DNA of 64,000 nt. Origin: Dendrobates tinctorius (Eukaryota). This document shows positions 1 to 12,315 of this stretch, one piece after another (position 1 is the stretch's first letter; every line of letters begins with the position of its first letter). The stretch lies in NCBI RefSeq assembly GCF_039654945.1, contig NW_027361804.1, forward strand, positions 7,316,001 to 7,380,000. Reading direction: 5' to 3'. The position numbers were made by a program, and so were the translations under genes. The notes beneath the pieces were generated by a model that was not told the origin of the DNA, ran no database searches, and worked only from the letters and a program-made list of their open reading frames with translations.

Positions 1-1075
1 AGAACACAGGTACAGTTCTTGTTAAGCCCAGAAGTGGCAGGCCAAGAAAAATATCAGAAAGGCAGAGAAGAAGAATGGTGAGAACAGTCAAGGACAATCC
101 ACAGACCACCTCCAAAGACCTGCAGCATCATCTTGCTGCAGATGGGTCACTGTGCATCGGTCAACAATACAGCGCACTTTACACAAGGAGACGCTGTATG
201 GGAGAGTGATGCGAAAGAAGCCGTTTCTGCAAGCACGCCACAAACAGAGTCGCCTGAGGTATGCAAAAGCACATTTGGACAAGCCAGTTACATTTTGGAA
301 GAAGGTCCTGTGGACTGATGAAACAAAGATTGAGTTGTTTGGTCTTACAAAAAGGCGTTATGCATGCGCTGTATTGTTGACCGATGCACAGTGACACCAT
401 CTGCAGCAAGATGATGCTGCAGGTCTTTGGAGGTGGTCTGTGGATTGTCCTTGACTGTTCTCACCATTCTTCTCTGCCTTTCTGATATTTTTCTTGGCCT
501 GCCACTTCTGGGCTTAACAAGAACTGTACCTGTGTTCTTCCATCTCCTTACTATGTTCCTCACAGTGGAAACTAACAGGTTAAATCTCTGAGACAACTTT
601 TTGTATCCTTCCCCTGAAAAGCTATGCTGAATAATTTTTGTTTTCAGATCATTTGAGAGTTGTTTTGAGGAGCCCATGATGCCACTCTTCATAGGAGAAT
701 CAAATAGGAGAACTACTTGCAAGTGGCCACCTTAAATACCTTTTCTCATGATTTGATACACCTGGCTATGAAGTTCAAAGCTCAATGAGGTTACAAAACC
801 AATTTAGTGCTTCAGGAAGTCAGTAAAAAGTAGTTAGGAGTGTTCAAATCAAGAAAATGATAAGGGTGCCCATACTTTTGCACCGGTCAAATTTTGTTTA
901 AATGCAGATTGCACATTTTCTGTTAGTACAATAAACCTCATTTGAATCCAGAAATATAACTGAGTCCATCAGTTATTAGATATATGAAACTGAAATAGCT
1001 GTTGCAAAAACCAAAATTGTTATAAAGAAAAAAGGTTAACATTAATAGGGGTGCCCAAACTTTTACATATGACTG
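1..1075. mobile_element. Tc1/mariner (DD34E IR/DR family) fold-back derivative: + strand transposase fragment (1-~366) joined to an inverted copy of the element's 5' half (~367-1075)
   Basis: 1-366 is near-identical to 62582-62948. ORF 345..722(-) equals the N-terminus of the 62397 transposase. Ends with TIR ...GGGGTGCCCAAACTTTTACATATGACTG followed by TA (1076-77). Confidence 0.9.
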
Positions 1076-1637
1076 TATTTCTTATCATGATTGTACCTTT
1101 TCATAGATAGGAAACATGGCATTTATAATGTTAACCCTCTGTTCAATCTTAATTCGGGGCTGATAGGCAGGTCACACAGTGATGCAAGTGATTGCATTAT
1201 GTTAGCCATGACGCCAAAAATATGTCTCTCATAATTACAGGACCTATGCCTGCCCCTTGAATATACGAATCCAAGACTTGGTGGCTGCACCCTACCATGT
1301 TCACGGCAGGATGTCTTAGTTCAATAGAGATTGGAATGAAGTGCGAGCTCTTCATCACTTCCCCAGTTATGATTAATTCAATATGTTCAATATGAGGGTG
1401 ACAAGTCTCCTCTTAAGAGATGGCTTTATGGAATTCATCTATGACATATAATAAAATAAAAGCACAGAGGAAAATGAGAAGAAGCAAAACTTTTTAATTA
1501 CGTAAAATATATGAAAATGCAATTTTACTTTACAGGATATGTTTGCATGAAGTTCCGGGCCCCAAGGCTGAGGCTGCACTACTGAGAAATGATGATGACG
1601 AGACAGAAATGTGTTCAGTCCATCGGCACAACAATAA

Positions 1638-2410
1638 GGCTGTGTGCACACGTTGCATTTTTGCGGCATTTTCCCGCTGCGGAATCGCCGCGAAAACGCC
1701 AAAAAAACCATCCCATGCAATCCTATGGGATTCCGCAATGCTATGCTAATGCTGTGGATTTTTCCACTGTGGAATCGCATAGCGGAAAAATACGCAGCAT
1801 GCTCATTCATTTTGCGGAATCGCGGCGATTCCGCACCCATAGGAATGCATTGATCCGCTTACTTTCCGCATGTGGCTGTGCACACCATGCGGGAAGTGAG
1901 CGCTTCATGTGTGGATGGTACCCAGGGCCTGGAGGAGGGGAGACTGTCCCCCGGGCCCTAGGTACCATAATCCTGTAAAATATAGAATAAAAATAAAAAA
2001 TTGTTATTCTCACCTTCCGACAGCCCGCGGAGTCCTTCCCGCCTCTCACCACGCTCCCGGTATCTTCCGGTCCCAGTAATACTTTGCGCGAATGACCGTG
2101 ATGACGTCGCGCTCTCGCGAGAGTGACGTCATCTCAGGTCCTTCATGCAAAGCATAACTGGGATCGGATGATGCTGGGAGCGCCGCAGAGCAGATCGGGG
2201 GCTGTCGGAATGTGAGAATAACATTATTTTTCATTTTTTTAATTATTTTAACATCCTACCTATCACATTCCAAGCGATGCATTCCGCAAGCGAAAAAGGC
2301 TTGAAAAACGTTTGTTTTCCGTGGGAAAAACGCATGCGTTTTACCCGCGGCCGGAGTGCGGAAGTGTTGCGGAAATTTCTGCAGCATTTCTGCAACGTGG
2401 GTACATAGCC
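1638..2410. mobile_element. PIF/Harbinger-type non-autonomous MITE
   Basis: TIRs GGCTGTGTGCACACGTTGCA / TGCAACGTGGGTACATAGCC; TAA on both sides (1635-37, 2411-13); internal palindromes (e.g. TGACGTC...GACGTCA around 2102-2131). Confidence 0.75.
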
Positions 2411-4230
2411 TAACCGGTTTCTGACAGGGCAGCATTGTTTTCTCTTGTATGTGCCTGATACATGTGACCTTATATTATATTGATATAGTCTAATGAACCT
2501 TGTGATCTAGGAAAATGACACTTAAAGTGGATCTGTAACCAGTTACATTATGTCATACCTTAGACCTGATGAGGCTGGTGTACATTTGTAATGTTTCCTG
2601 AAGCTCCATTACGGCCCTGACATTTATCATTGCTTTTGCCCCTTTTTTTCTGGAGTGAAACTAATCGTGACCTTTTCTTTACTTGCACCTTCATTCAGTT
2701 AACTTTACTTGTTTTTTTATGTGGTTTTTTATTTCTTAGAATTCTGGACGTAGTTTTGATTATCCAAATTTTCAAGCCAAATTCATCATTTACAACTTTT
2801 CCAAACGTCACAGATTAGTTTCGCAGTTCTGCTCCAGCACCTTAGTACAAAACCTTTTATTTTTTTTTTTATGTAGTTGAAGATTAATGTGCAGAATTTT
2901 TAAAAGAAGGTGTGACTTGTTACTTTAAAAAGTAAAAAAAAAAAAAAAAAAATTGAGTATTTTCGATTTTACACAAAAATTCATCAACCCACGTACAACG
3001 GATGAAGAATGTGATGCGAGAAATGGCAATAAATTCTAAAAGAAAACAAAAAAAAAGATTTTTGGATGAAGAGAAATGTTTGCCCCTTCATCCAGGAGAA
3101 CAATTGCGAGATCAGACCCTGATGCTGGTGAGAGGTGCGGGATCACAATCTCCGCTCTGGCTCATCCCCAAGGTGTTGGAAGGGGTTGAAGTCGGGCTCT
3201 CATCTCAACCTCCTCCCGTTGTAGTTGAGTGGACCCGTTACTCATTGGAGGCCATTCCTCAATCCTTGCGCCATTGGGAGGAGGAATCTGATTCCTTCTA
3301 CTTTTACTTTGCCCACGTTTTTATAAATATTCCCTTTACATCACTTGATAATTGGCTTACTTTACCCAATATTTTAGAGACCACTTATAATTTTTTGCTT
3401 AACAAAATTTATCTAAAACTTAAATATCGGCTAGCCAGGCTGATGTTTAGGAAGAGAAAGCAAAATTGTTGAGTATTTAGAATTTTTAGTTCTTTCCTAT
3501 TTTTCATGTGGAGCAAAATTCTGAAGTGATTAGAATCTGGTGTAAATATAATAATGAACGTCCATCAATGAGGGTCACACCCGAGCGGGTCCTAAAACAA
3601 ATAGAAAATAGTTGTTGTTCCGCAAACACTTTGCTTTTGTGATCAGGACAATGAAATTTTGAAATTTTGTCTGTTTTCGAGAAAATTCACAATTCGTATT
3701 CAATACTTAGTAGTCTTCTAGAATATTGTTGAACTACTAGAATGGTGCAGAAGTTTCTACAGTGTGTACCGGAGAGGTCACCCTGCGGACGGCGCTCAGT
3801 AATTCTGCTACATAGAGCATCACCTCTATGTAGCAGAGGCGATCGAGCTCTCACAGCTTCTAGCCTCCCATGGAGACTATTGAAGCATGCCAAAAGTAAA
3901 AAAAAATGTTTTTAAAAAATATGAACAAACAAACACATAAGTTCAAATCCCCCCTTTCGCCCCATTCAAAATAAAACAATAAAAATAATCAAACATACAC
4001 ATATTAGGTATCGCCGCGTTCAGAATCGCCTGATCTATCAATAAAAAAGAGGATTAACCTGATCGCTAAACAGCGTAGCAACAAAAAAGTCAAAATTTCC
4101 TATTTTTGACACAATAAATGCAAAATTTTTCTGGCCTGTGGCCATAAAATCAAAGTTTGTGCTGAATGTAGTCATTTTTCCATAGTGTTCAACCATAAGA
4201 GGTTGAAATATTACACTTCGAAGCAAGGAA

Positions 4231-5976
4231 CTAAAACTGTGCTAAGCTAAGAGACCCCCCTTCATACTTTGGCGATTGTGTTCCTCTTCTGCTGCTCCCT
4301 GATATTTCTACAGAACCATCACATACATATAACGCAGCATGTAGAGGCTCGGAGAAGGCGGCAGTGAAGGTGTGTAAGTGTCTGATGGGGTCACACAGCT
4401 CATAAAAGGACAGCTGCCCGGCCTCATAATCCAGACAGATCCTGACCCCATCACTGGAGATCTGGTGAGGTAACGGGATCACTTTACTGTCATGTATCAC
4501 TGAATACTCAGTATTATACCCGAACCCTCTATATAAACACCAGGACTTGTGACTATTTCCAATGTATGACTGGCGCCCCCTCCTGTCTATACTGGGGTAA
4601 CACATCCCCACACTCCACAGTCCTGACCTCCTGCCCTCCACATTCCAGTAATGTCGTCCTGAGGTAAATCTCCTCCCGCTCATCACCTGATAATCCCAGA
4701 ATCTCTCTGCTGTTTCTGGACGATTCTGTGTTATTCTTGTCCAGGTCGCAGTTTTCAGGTCGTCTGATATAAGGAGATTATTAGCAGCCGTGTTTACATC
4801 CAGTAATATGTCTGCAGGATCCTGAACATGGAAGATCACATTTATACCTCTTATCATAGCAGATAATGTGTGTGATATGTGTGAGATCAGCTCCGCACCC
4901 CGATCACCTCCATCATGTCCTCCTGTGGCCTCATCACCTCCATCATGTCCTCCTGTGTCCTCATCACCTCCATCATGTCCTCCTGTGTCCTCATCACCTC
5001 CATCATGTCCTCCTGTGTCCTCATCACCTCCATCATGTCCTCCTGTGTCCTCATCACCTCCCTCTTCCTCAGGATCACACAGGTCACCAATGTCTGGATC
5101 CTGTAGGACAGTCAGTGGATCCGTCATGTTACACAGCTCCTCAATGTGTCTCATCTTCCTGGACAGCTCGTCCTTCTTTATTTCCAGCTTCTGGATCACA
5201 TGTGACAGTGACACCTGCTTTTCCCACCTGGAGATCTCACTCAGGACCTTCTTCTCCAGGTCGTCCACCCGTCTCCTGATGTCTATAAACAGGGCAGTGA
5301 CTCTCTCGGCTTCTCTAGATGCTTGTTGTTGAGCTTTTCTCCTCTGCTCCTTCAGATTCTGTACTATTCTCTCAATTTTCTCTCTGTTTGTGATCAGTTT
5401 CTGCAGAACATCTCTAAATTTCTCCTTTTTCACAAAGGTCTCATCCAGAGACTCCAGTTTATGGCCACTGTGCTCTCCAGTCAGACAGCAGGACGCACAT
5501 ATACAAGCAGCATCCTCAGTGCAGTAATATTCCAGGATCTTCTTATGGACAGAACATTTCCTGGTCTCCAGAGAAGTGCTGGGATCAGTGAGGACGTGTT
5601 CTGCTCCTTTACTGTGAATTCTCAGGTGATTATCACACAGAGAAGCCTCGCAGTGTAGACAGGATCTAACAGCAGGTACAGGAGAGTCCACACAGTAAGT
5701 GCAGCGGATCCCGGTGATCTCCTCCTGAGGTGGATGAGTAGACCGGACATTCTCCACCACATTACACAACGTTATGTTCTTCTTCAGTGTCGGCCGCTCC
5801 TGAAACCCTTCTCTACATTCAGGACAGGAATAAACTCCAGACACATCCTGAGTATTCAGGACCTGATCAATACAGTCCCGGCAGAAGTTGTGTCCACATC
5901 TCAGGGTTACAGGATCTGTATACGGGGTCAGACAGGTGGAACATTCCAGCTCCTTTTCAAGACCTGCAGACGCCAT
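4231..5976 (-). CDS. Intronless TRIM E3 ligase (TRIM25/finTRIM-like: RING, B-box1, B-box2, coiled coil, PRY/SPRY), 581 aa
   Basis: C3HC4 RING CSTC...CGHNFCRDC...CPEC; B-box1 CTYC...CLHCEASLCDNHLRIH; B-box2 CSVH...C...C..C...H..H; PRY LLDVNTAANNLLISDDLK; SPRY SGRHYW, LDYEAGQLSFY. Confidence 0.93.
   Translation of the reverse strand: MASAGLEKELECSTCLTPYTDPVTLRCGHNFCRDCIDQVLNTQDVSGVYSCPECREGFQERPTLKKNITLCNVVENVRSTHPPQEEITGIRCTYCVDSPVPAVRSCLHCEASLCDNHLRIHSKGAEHVLTDPSTSLETRKCSVHKKILEYYCTEDAACICASCCLTGEHSGHKLESLDETFVKKEKFRDVLQKLITNREKIERIVQNLKEQRRKAQQQASREAERVTALFIDIRRRVDDLEKKVLSEISRWEKQVSLSHVIQKLEIKKDELSRKMRHIEELCNMTDPLTVLQDPDIGDLCDPEEEGGDEDTGGHDGGDEDTGGHDGGDEDTGGHDGGDEDTGGHDGGDEATGGHDGGDRGAELISHISHTLSAMIRGINVIFHVQDPADILLDVNTAANNLLISDDLKTATWTRITQNRPETAERFWDYQVMSGRRFTSGRHYWNVEGRRSGLWSVGMCYPSIDRRGRQSYIGNSHKSWCLYRGFGYNTEYSVIHDSKVIPLPHQISSDGVRICLDYEAGQLSFYELCDPIRHLHTFTAAFSEPLHAALYVCDGSVEISGSSRRGTQSPKYEGGSLSLAQF
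4903..5061 (-). repeat. Coding 30-bp minisatellite (GGDEDTGGHD x ~5) in TRIM linker
   Basis: TCCTCCTGTGTCCTCATCACCTCCATCATG tandem units. Confidence 0.9.
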
Positions 5977-6439
5977 CGCTGACAGCAGATGAGGGAACCG
6001 AAAGTAAGAGTTTGTAATTGTCAGAGAACAATGGGTGTGATTTCAGTTTATGACCTAAGAGGAGGTTGAGCTTAAAAGGTGTTTCCTATAAGCCTCCATG
6101 TACAAAACAGACTGATCGTCGTCAGTGACCTGGATCAGATTGTCATCAATGTTTAGTCGGTGTTTGGCATTACCAGCAGCGATTTTCTCATTACATTGTT
6201 TAATAAAAGAAAACATACAGTAGTGTTCAATATTCCATCCGTCCAATATGACGAACCATATTAATCCTGGTTTTTGGTATAAATTAGATCACCACATATC
6301 AAACAATTTACCAGTCGGTGCAGTAGATTGTAAGAAAACCACCAGACTCCGCATTCATGATCTGCAGGTTTCTGAGTCTGTGTTTTAGAATAATTAATTG
6401 TAAGTCGGTGTGCTCAAACTAATAGTAGTGTGGAGATCA

Positions 6440-7130
6440 ATTAGTGAGGTCCACCATTCTGTGAAGACACAGGTGTGAATCCGGTGGTGAAGCCAGGACA
6501 TGTTGGACATGCATTTCTCCTTGAAAGCCTGAGAAATATGGGTCGTTCAAGACATTGTTCACAAGAACAGCGGACTTTGATTAAAAAGTTGAGTAGAGAG
6601 GGTAAAACTCTTAAAGAAGTGCAGACAATGATCTGCTGTTCTGCTAAAATGATCTCCAATGCTTTACAATGGGAAGCCAAACCGGAGGGACGTGGACGAA
6701 AACAGAAGACGACCATTCAAATGGATGGAAGAAAAGCCAGAATGGCAGAGGCTCAGCCAATGATCGGCTCCAAGATGATCACAGACAGTCCCAAGTTATC
6801 TGTGAGGACTGTGACAGTGAGAAGACGCCTGTGTGACGCTAATCTCTGAACAAGAAGTCCCCGCAAAGTCCCACTGTTCAAAAAAAGGCATATACTGAAG
6901 CAGATACACTTTGCCAAAGAACACATCAACTGACCTAAAGAGAAACGGAGAAGCATTTTGTGGACTGATGAAAGCAAAATTGTTCTTTTTGAGTTCAAGA
7001 CAGTCTGTCAGACGACCCCCAAACTCTGCATTCAAGCCGCAGGACACTCTGAAGACAGTGAAGCATGGTGGAGAAGCATCATGGTATGGGCATGTTTCTC
7101 TTACTGAGGTGTCGGACCTATTTACCGCAT
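6440..7130 (+). mobile_element. Degenerate, truncated Tc1-like transposase
   Basis: MGRSRHCS...TLIKKL HTH, GRKQKTT, WTDESK, KTVKHGG motifs spread across frames with stops and frameshifts. Confidence 0.8.
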
Positions 7131-7197
7131 ACCCGCATTGTTATTATCGTGTTTCATACAGTATTGTGATATAATGTACTAGGGATAGTGTAATTAA

Positions 7198-9011
7198 TGT
7201 TACGGCCACTAGATGCGACATAGTTTGTTACATTTTTAGATGGAGATATAAGGGTTAATAATAGAAGGGGTTAGCTGTATAGGAATAGAGGGGGACTTCC
7301 TAGATAGAGTTAGTTAAGGTAGGGGTGTTCGAACCCTGTAGACGGGCTTAATTGCCCGGGGGTGTAAAAACCCTCTTTTTGACTTGACCTTTAGTGTTCA
7401 AGACTTAGGACTCAACACAAACTCCAGCAACGTTAAATCATAGAATCATAGAATCATAGAATCGTAGAGTTGGAAGGGACCTCCTGGGCCATCTGGTCCA
7501 ACCCCCTGCTCAAAGCAGGATTCGCTAAATCATCCCAGTCAGATGTCTGTCCAGCCTCTGTTTGAAGACTTCCATTGAAGGAGAACTCACCACTTCTTGT
7601 GGCAGCCTGTTCCACTCATTGATCACTCTAACTGTCAAAAAGTTTTTTCTAATATCTAATCTGTGTCTCCTCCCATTCAGTTTCATCCCATTGCTTCTAG
7701 TCTTTCCTTGTGCAAATGAGAATAAAGTTGATCCTTCTACAATGTGACAGCCCTTTAGATATTTGTAGACAGCTATTAAGTCTCCTCTCAGTCTTCTCTT
7801 TTGCAAACTAAACATTCCCAAATCCTGCAACCTTTCCTCATAAGACAGGGTTTGCAGACCGGTCACCATTCTGGTCGCTCTTTTCTGAACTTGCTCCAGT
7901 TTGTTGATGTCTTTTTTAAAATGTGGTGCCCAAAACTGGACACAATATTCCAGATGAGGTCTGACCAAAGAGGAGTAGAGGGAAATAATGACTTCACGTG
8001 ATCTAGACTGTATGCTTCTGTTAATACATCCTAGAATTGCATTTGCCTTTTTTGCTGCTGCATCACACTGTTGACTCATATTCAGTCTGTGATCTATTAG
8101 TATACCCAAGTCTTTTTCACATGTGCTGTCACTTAGCCCTATTCCTCCCATTCTATATATGCTTTTTTCATTTTTATTGCCCAGATGTAGTACTTTGCAT
8201 TTCTCCCTGTTAAAAACCATTCTGTTAGTTGCTGCCCACTTCTCCAGTTTATTTAAATCTTTTTGAATCCTCTCTCTCTCTTCTCTAGTATTAGCTATCC
8301 CTCCTAGCTTTGTGTCATCAGCAAATTTAATCAGTTTACCCTCAATTCCTTCATCTAAATCGTTGATAAAGATGTTGAACAATACAGGGCCCAGGACAGA
8401 GCCCTGTGGTACCCCACATGAGACATTCTTCCAATGTTAAGGCATAGTGCCCAGCTATCCAGTCAAGAAGGACAAGTGTAGCAGGAAAGTCAGGGGGGAT
8501 AGAGTTCCCCATTGAAGAATTGAAAGAAGCAAAAGGCAGCCAGACGGGCAAGTGTTCATCATGTGGCGACTTGCAGCCTGGGGGCATTCTCTAGGAGTCG
8601 GGGCGAAACGGCAAAGGGAAGCACCAGTGATAGTGAGTACGGACAGGAGGGATACCGGTAATTCGTACAAGTGGGTACGACCTGACCTCGAGCTGCATAG
8701 GGAGGAGAGTGAAGAAGGGAAGGCTGTTTTGGAATATAGCAAAGATTTTAATGTCCATCACATTTGTAATCTGGATGACCTGCGAAAAGACGCTAGTAAA
8801 GTTCTGCATTGTGAGTTAAACTTGGACTCTGTCTTTATTTGTATGTAAGTGACCGAAGACAGTCCTGGAAAGCAGAGGGAGGACTCTGCCAGTACCGTGA
8901 GTACAAGTCGTGCTATGCGGAAAGTGTTGTATCTTTATCTTGTGAGGGGAGGCCAGGGCACAACAGTACCGGAGTGTTCGGCCATGACTGCGGCCCGGTG
9001 CCTACCTTACA
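7198..9011. mobile_element. Possible solo LTR-like element interrupted by the CR1 insertion
   Basis: TGT...ACA ends with TTAA/CTAA flanks; non-coding; boundaries uncertain. Confidence 0.3.
7437..8435 (-). mobile_element. 5'-truncated CR1 LINE (RT C-terminus, 285-aa open frame, CATAGAAT tail)
   Basis: ORF 7525..8382 has FNIFINDLD, KFADDTKL, RPHLEYCVQFW, LRGDLI. (ATCATAGA)n 3' tail at 7437-7463. GTTAA at 7432-36 and 8436-40 is a possible TSD. Confidence 0.92.
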
Positions 9012-10480
9012 CTAATCTGGATGTAGGTAATACAGCTGATGTCATTAATCTGTCATTTATCTGGACTTTCCAAAGGCTTTTGACACTGTACCACATAACA
9101 GCTTTATACTGACGCTCCCGAAGCCGGGACTGAGGGAAACTATATGCAGATGAGTAAAGAATTGGCTAAATGACAGGAAACAAAGAGTTGTCATAAATGG
9201 TACATTCTCGAAATGGGATATAGTCAGCAATGGTGATCACTGGTATCTGTACTGGGAGCAGTGGGCACTGCAGAGATCTGTACTGGGAGCAGTGGGCACC
9301 GCAGAGATCTGTACTTGGAGCGGTGGGCACTGCAGAGATCAGTACTTGGAGCAGTGGGCACTGCAGAGATCTGTACTTGGAGCGGTGGGCACTGCAGAGA
9401 TCAGTACTTGGAGCAGTGGGCACCGCAGAGATCAGTACTTGGAGCTGTGGGCACCGCAGAGATCAGTACTTGGAGCAGTGGGCACCGCAGAGATCTGTAC
9501 TTGGAGCAGTGGGCACCGCAGAGATCAGTACTTGGAGCAACGGGCACCGCAGAGATCTGTACTGGGAGCAGTGAGCACAGCAGGGATCTGTACTTGGAGC
9601 GGTGGGCACTGCAGAGATCTGTACTTGGAGCAGTGGGCACTGCAGAGATCAGTACTTGGAGCAGTGGGCACTGCAGAGATCAGTACTTGGAGCAGTGGGC
9701 ACTGCAGAGATCAGTACTTGGAGCAGTGGGCACCGCAGAGATCTGTACTGGGAGCAGTGAGCACCGCAGAGATCTGTACTTGGAGCAGTGGGCACAGCAG
9801 GGATCTGTACTTGGAGCGGTGGGCACTGCAGAGATCTGTACTTGGAGCAGTGGGCACTGCAGAGATCAGTACTTGGAGCAGTGGGCACCGCAGAGATCTG
9901 TACTTGGAGCAGTGGGCAGAGCAGGGATCTGTACTTGGAGCGGTGGGCACTGCAGAGATCTGTACTTGGAGCGGTGGGCACTGCAGAGATCTGTACTTGG
10001 AGCAGTGGGCACCGCAGAGATCTGTACTTGGAGCAGTGGGCACCGCAGAGATCTGTACTTGGAGCAGTGGGCACTGCAGAGATCTGTACTTGGAGCAGTG
10101 GGCACTGCAGAGATCTGTACTTGGAGCAGTGGGCACAGCAGGGATCTGTACTTGGAGCAGTGGGCACTGCAGAGATCTGTGCTAGGGCCGATTCTTTTTC
10201 ACCTCTTGTATGGGATTTAGAGTAAAGTGTCAGTCTGTGCTGACGATATCAAACTATGCAGGATACTAAGATCTGACCTTGACATTACAGCATTATAGAA
10301 CGATCTGGAAAAGACATCTGATGGGCAAACACTTGGCAAATGAGATTTACAATTAAGCTGAGCAGCAGCACTAAATGTCAAGCAGCAGCCGCAAAAGTAA
10401 GCAAGATTTTACGGTGTATAAAAAGAGAGAGAAAATCCCGCGATCCCAATGTACCCTTCTATAAATCACTTGTGAGGCCA
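9012..10480 (+). mobile_element. Decayed CR1 LINE RT fragment split by a 31-bp minisatellite
   Basis: Left side reads LDVGN..D....LDF.KAFDTVPH...NWLNDRKQRVVING; right side reads SVLGPILF...ADD.KL...W.NTWQMRF...KSLVRP. Confidence 0.8.
9245..10185 (+). repeat. 31-bp minisatellite (~30 copies) AGCAGTGGGCAC(C/T)GCAGAGATCTGTACTTGG
   Basis: Direct tandem periodicity. Confidence 0.95.
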
Positions 10481-10519
10481 GATATGAAAAAAAGTCACAA
10501 GTCCTTCAAGTTCTCCCTT

Positions 10520-10975
10520 TCTCTACCACTTATACATTTTCTATCGCTAGATTAATAATAACCTACAATGCCATTTGTTGTGAAAAAAGCATCCGGCCCT
10601 TTTATAAATTCTGACATAGTGTCTGTCATTACTACCTCATGTGGTCGGCATTCCACAGTGTGACTGCTCTAACTGTAAAGAACCCTTTTCTATTAAGCTG
10701 CTGGAATCACCTTTATTCCACCCATAGTGAATGTCTCCTAGTCCTTTTAATTGACCACACATGTATTTATATATGTATATGAGATCTCCTCTGAGACGTC
10801 TTTATTCTAAGCCCAACTTTTTCTACTTCTCAACATTCGAGAGCCCTCATCCCAGGTCTAGTTTAGTTGCCACCTCTGAACTAACCATTCAATAATGTGG
10901 AGCCCAAAACTTGGTCCCATGTTCCAGGTGTGGCCTTATGATTGATTTATAGAGGAATAATAATACACTGGGATC
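10520..10975 (-). mobile_element. Decayed CR1 LINE 3' fragment
   Basis: LYKSIIRPHLE...FWAPHY motif plus downstream CR1-like sequence. Confidence 0.65.
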
Positions 10976-12315
10976 ACAGGTGTTCTGCCTTCTTCCACGT
11001 ATGACACTCTGTGGATTCCAGCATACGGCTAAACCCTTCATCCACTCCCAGTAAAAGACTGTATGGGTGCTTAAGTCTATATTTATTGAGATGATGATGA
11101 ACTTAGTAACGGAGAACAACAAAGGTAGATGATAACAGATGATATCGGATGATATAGTGGATGAGATCGGGTAAAAATTACAAAGAAACAGACAGTACAG
11201 TATATCAGTACTGGCAGATAAAACAGCAGCAGTAATACAGGGTGCTATTACATCAGTAACAGCAGTATTACAGAGGTTGCACAATACAACACATAATGCA
11301 ATTAAGAGGGATAAGCAAACATAGGCTGCTGCATTGCACTACCCTAAACAGAGATGCATCTAGCTAATATGCAGTGCAAAGAGCATTACAACTAGCTGGA
11401 AAATACATTAGACCATATACCTCTCTCACAAGATACTGCATGGTGCCTGCATGATAGCTAGCCAGCACAGATACATTGCACAAACACATAACTGTATTAA
11501 ACCCTCACCGGAATCAGCTTGACAGAAGCAGTCATTTGCAGGGAGCAGGAATACGTGTGTGTGTGTGTAACTCAGAGATCCGGGGAGAAAATGGCTACAA
11601 GTTTTCTGGCCCTGGGGAAACTGAAGGGGCAGTTCTAAATAGAACAAGCTATTAAATGGAGAGGTTCCTAAATCCAGGAACAGAAAAAGGGAACAACTAT
11701 GACATCTAATGTTCATAGCTGTGGTACAGTACTTATGAAAATACTTGCTTCACATAAATGGGCAGAAAAACAGGATTTTCTCTCTTTTTATACATGTTTG
11801 GATTTGACTGTGCCTTGTTCGCAATGTTTTTCATGAGGAGACTCTTAAGAGAAGTGATATGCACTTTCTTTTCTACCACCAAACTTTGAGAAGAAGAAAA
11901 TCCTTCAAAAGATTGAACATATAGACAGCATGTTGTTTTACAATGGAAATGAAACGGAAGATTCTTTCAAGCATTTATGAATAATTTTTCAGGCATCTCT
12001 GAGATCGATCTCACTCCAGAAGACTCCTGAAAAATTCCACCGATTGTGAACGAGACCTTTACTACTACTCGGTAAATGCAAATCTACAACTCTGTTATGA
12101 TTCTCTAGGCCTTGTGAGCCACGAGTATGAAGATTAATCGTTGTATGAGGAACATTCTGCAGCTTTCTACTAGGTTCTGAGTTCTATTAAAGATCACAGA
12201 AAACGAGAAGTCCATCAAAAAAATAGAAAATGAGCTCAACCTGCCTAATGGCTGAATTACTTCACCAGTCACGCTGTGCTCCCTATGAAGTCACCGGTCT
12301 CTGAGCAGATTTATT

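Noticed and set aside
3002-3472. 156-aa ORF
   Set aside because: No domain; includes a short Tc1-like antisense scrap; probably chance.
4866-5332. His-rich and Ser/Pro-rich plus-strand ORFs (also 12915-13687)
   Set aside because: Antisense shadows of the TRIM coding repeat.
9166-10225. Multiple overlapping ORFs
   Set aside because: 31-bp repeat translations.
10997-11730. Possible solo LTR
   Set aside because: Could not define termini or a TSD.
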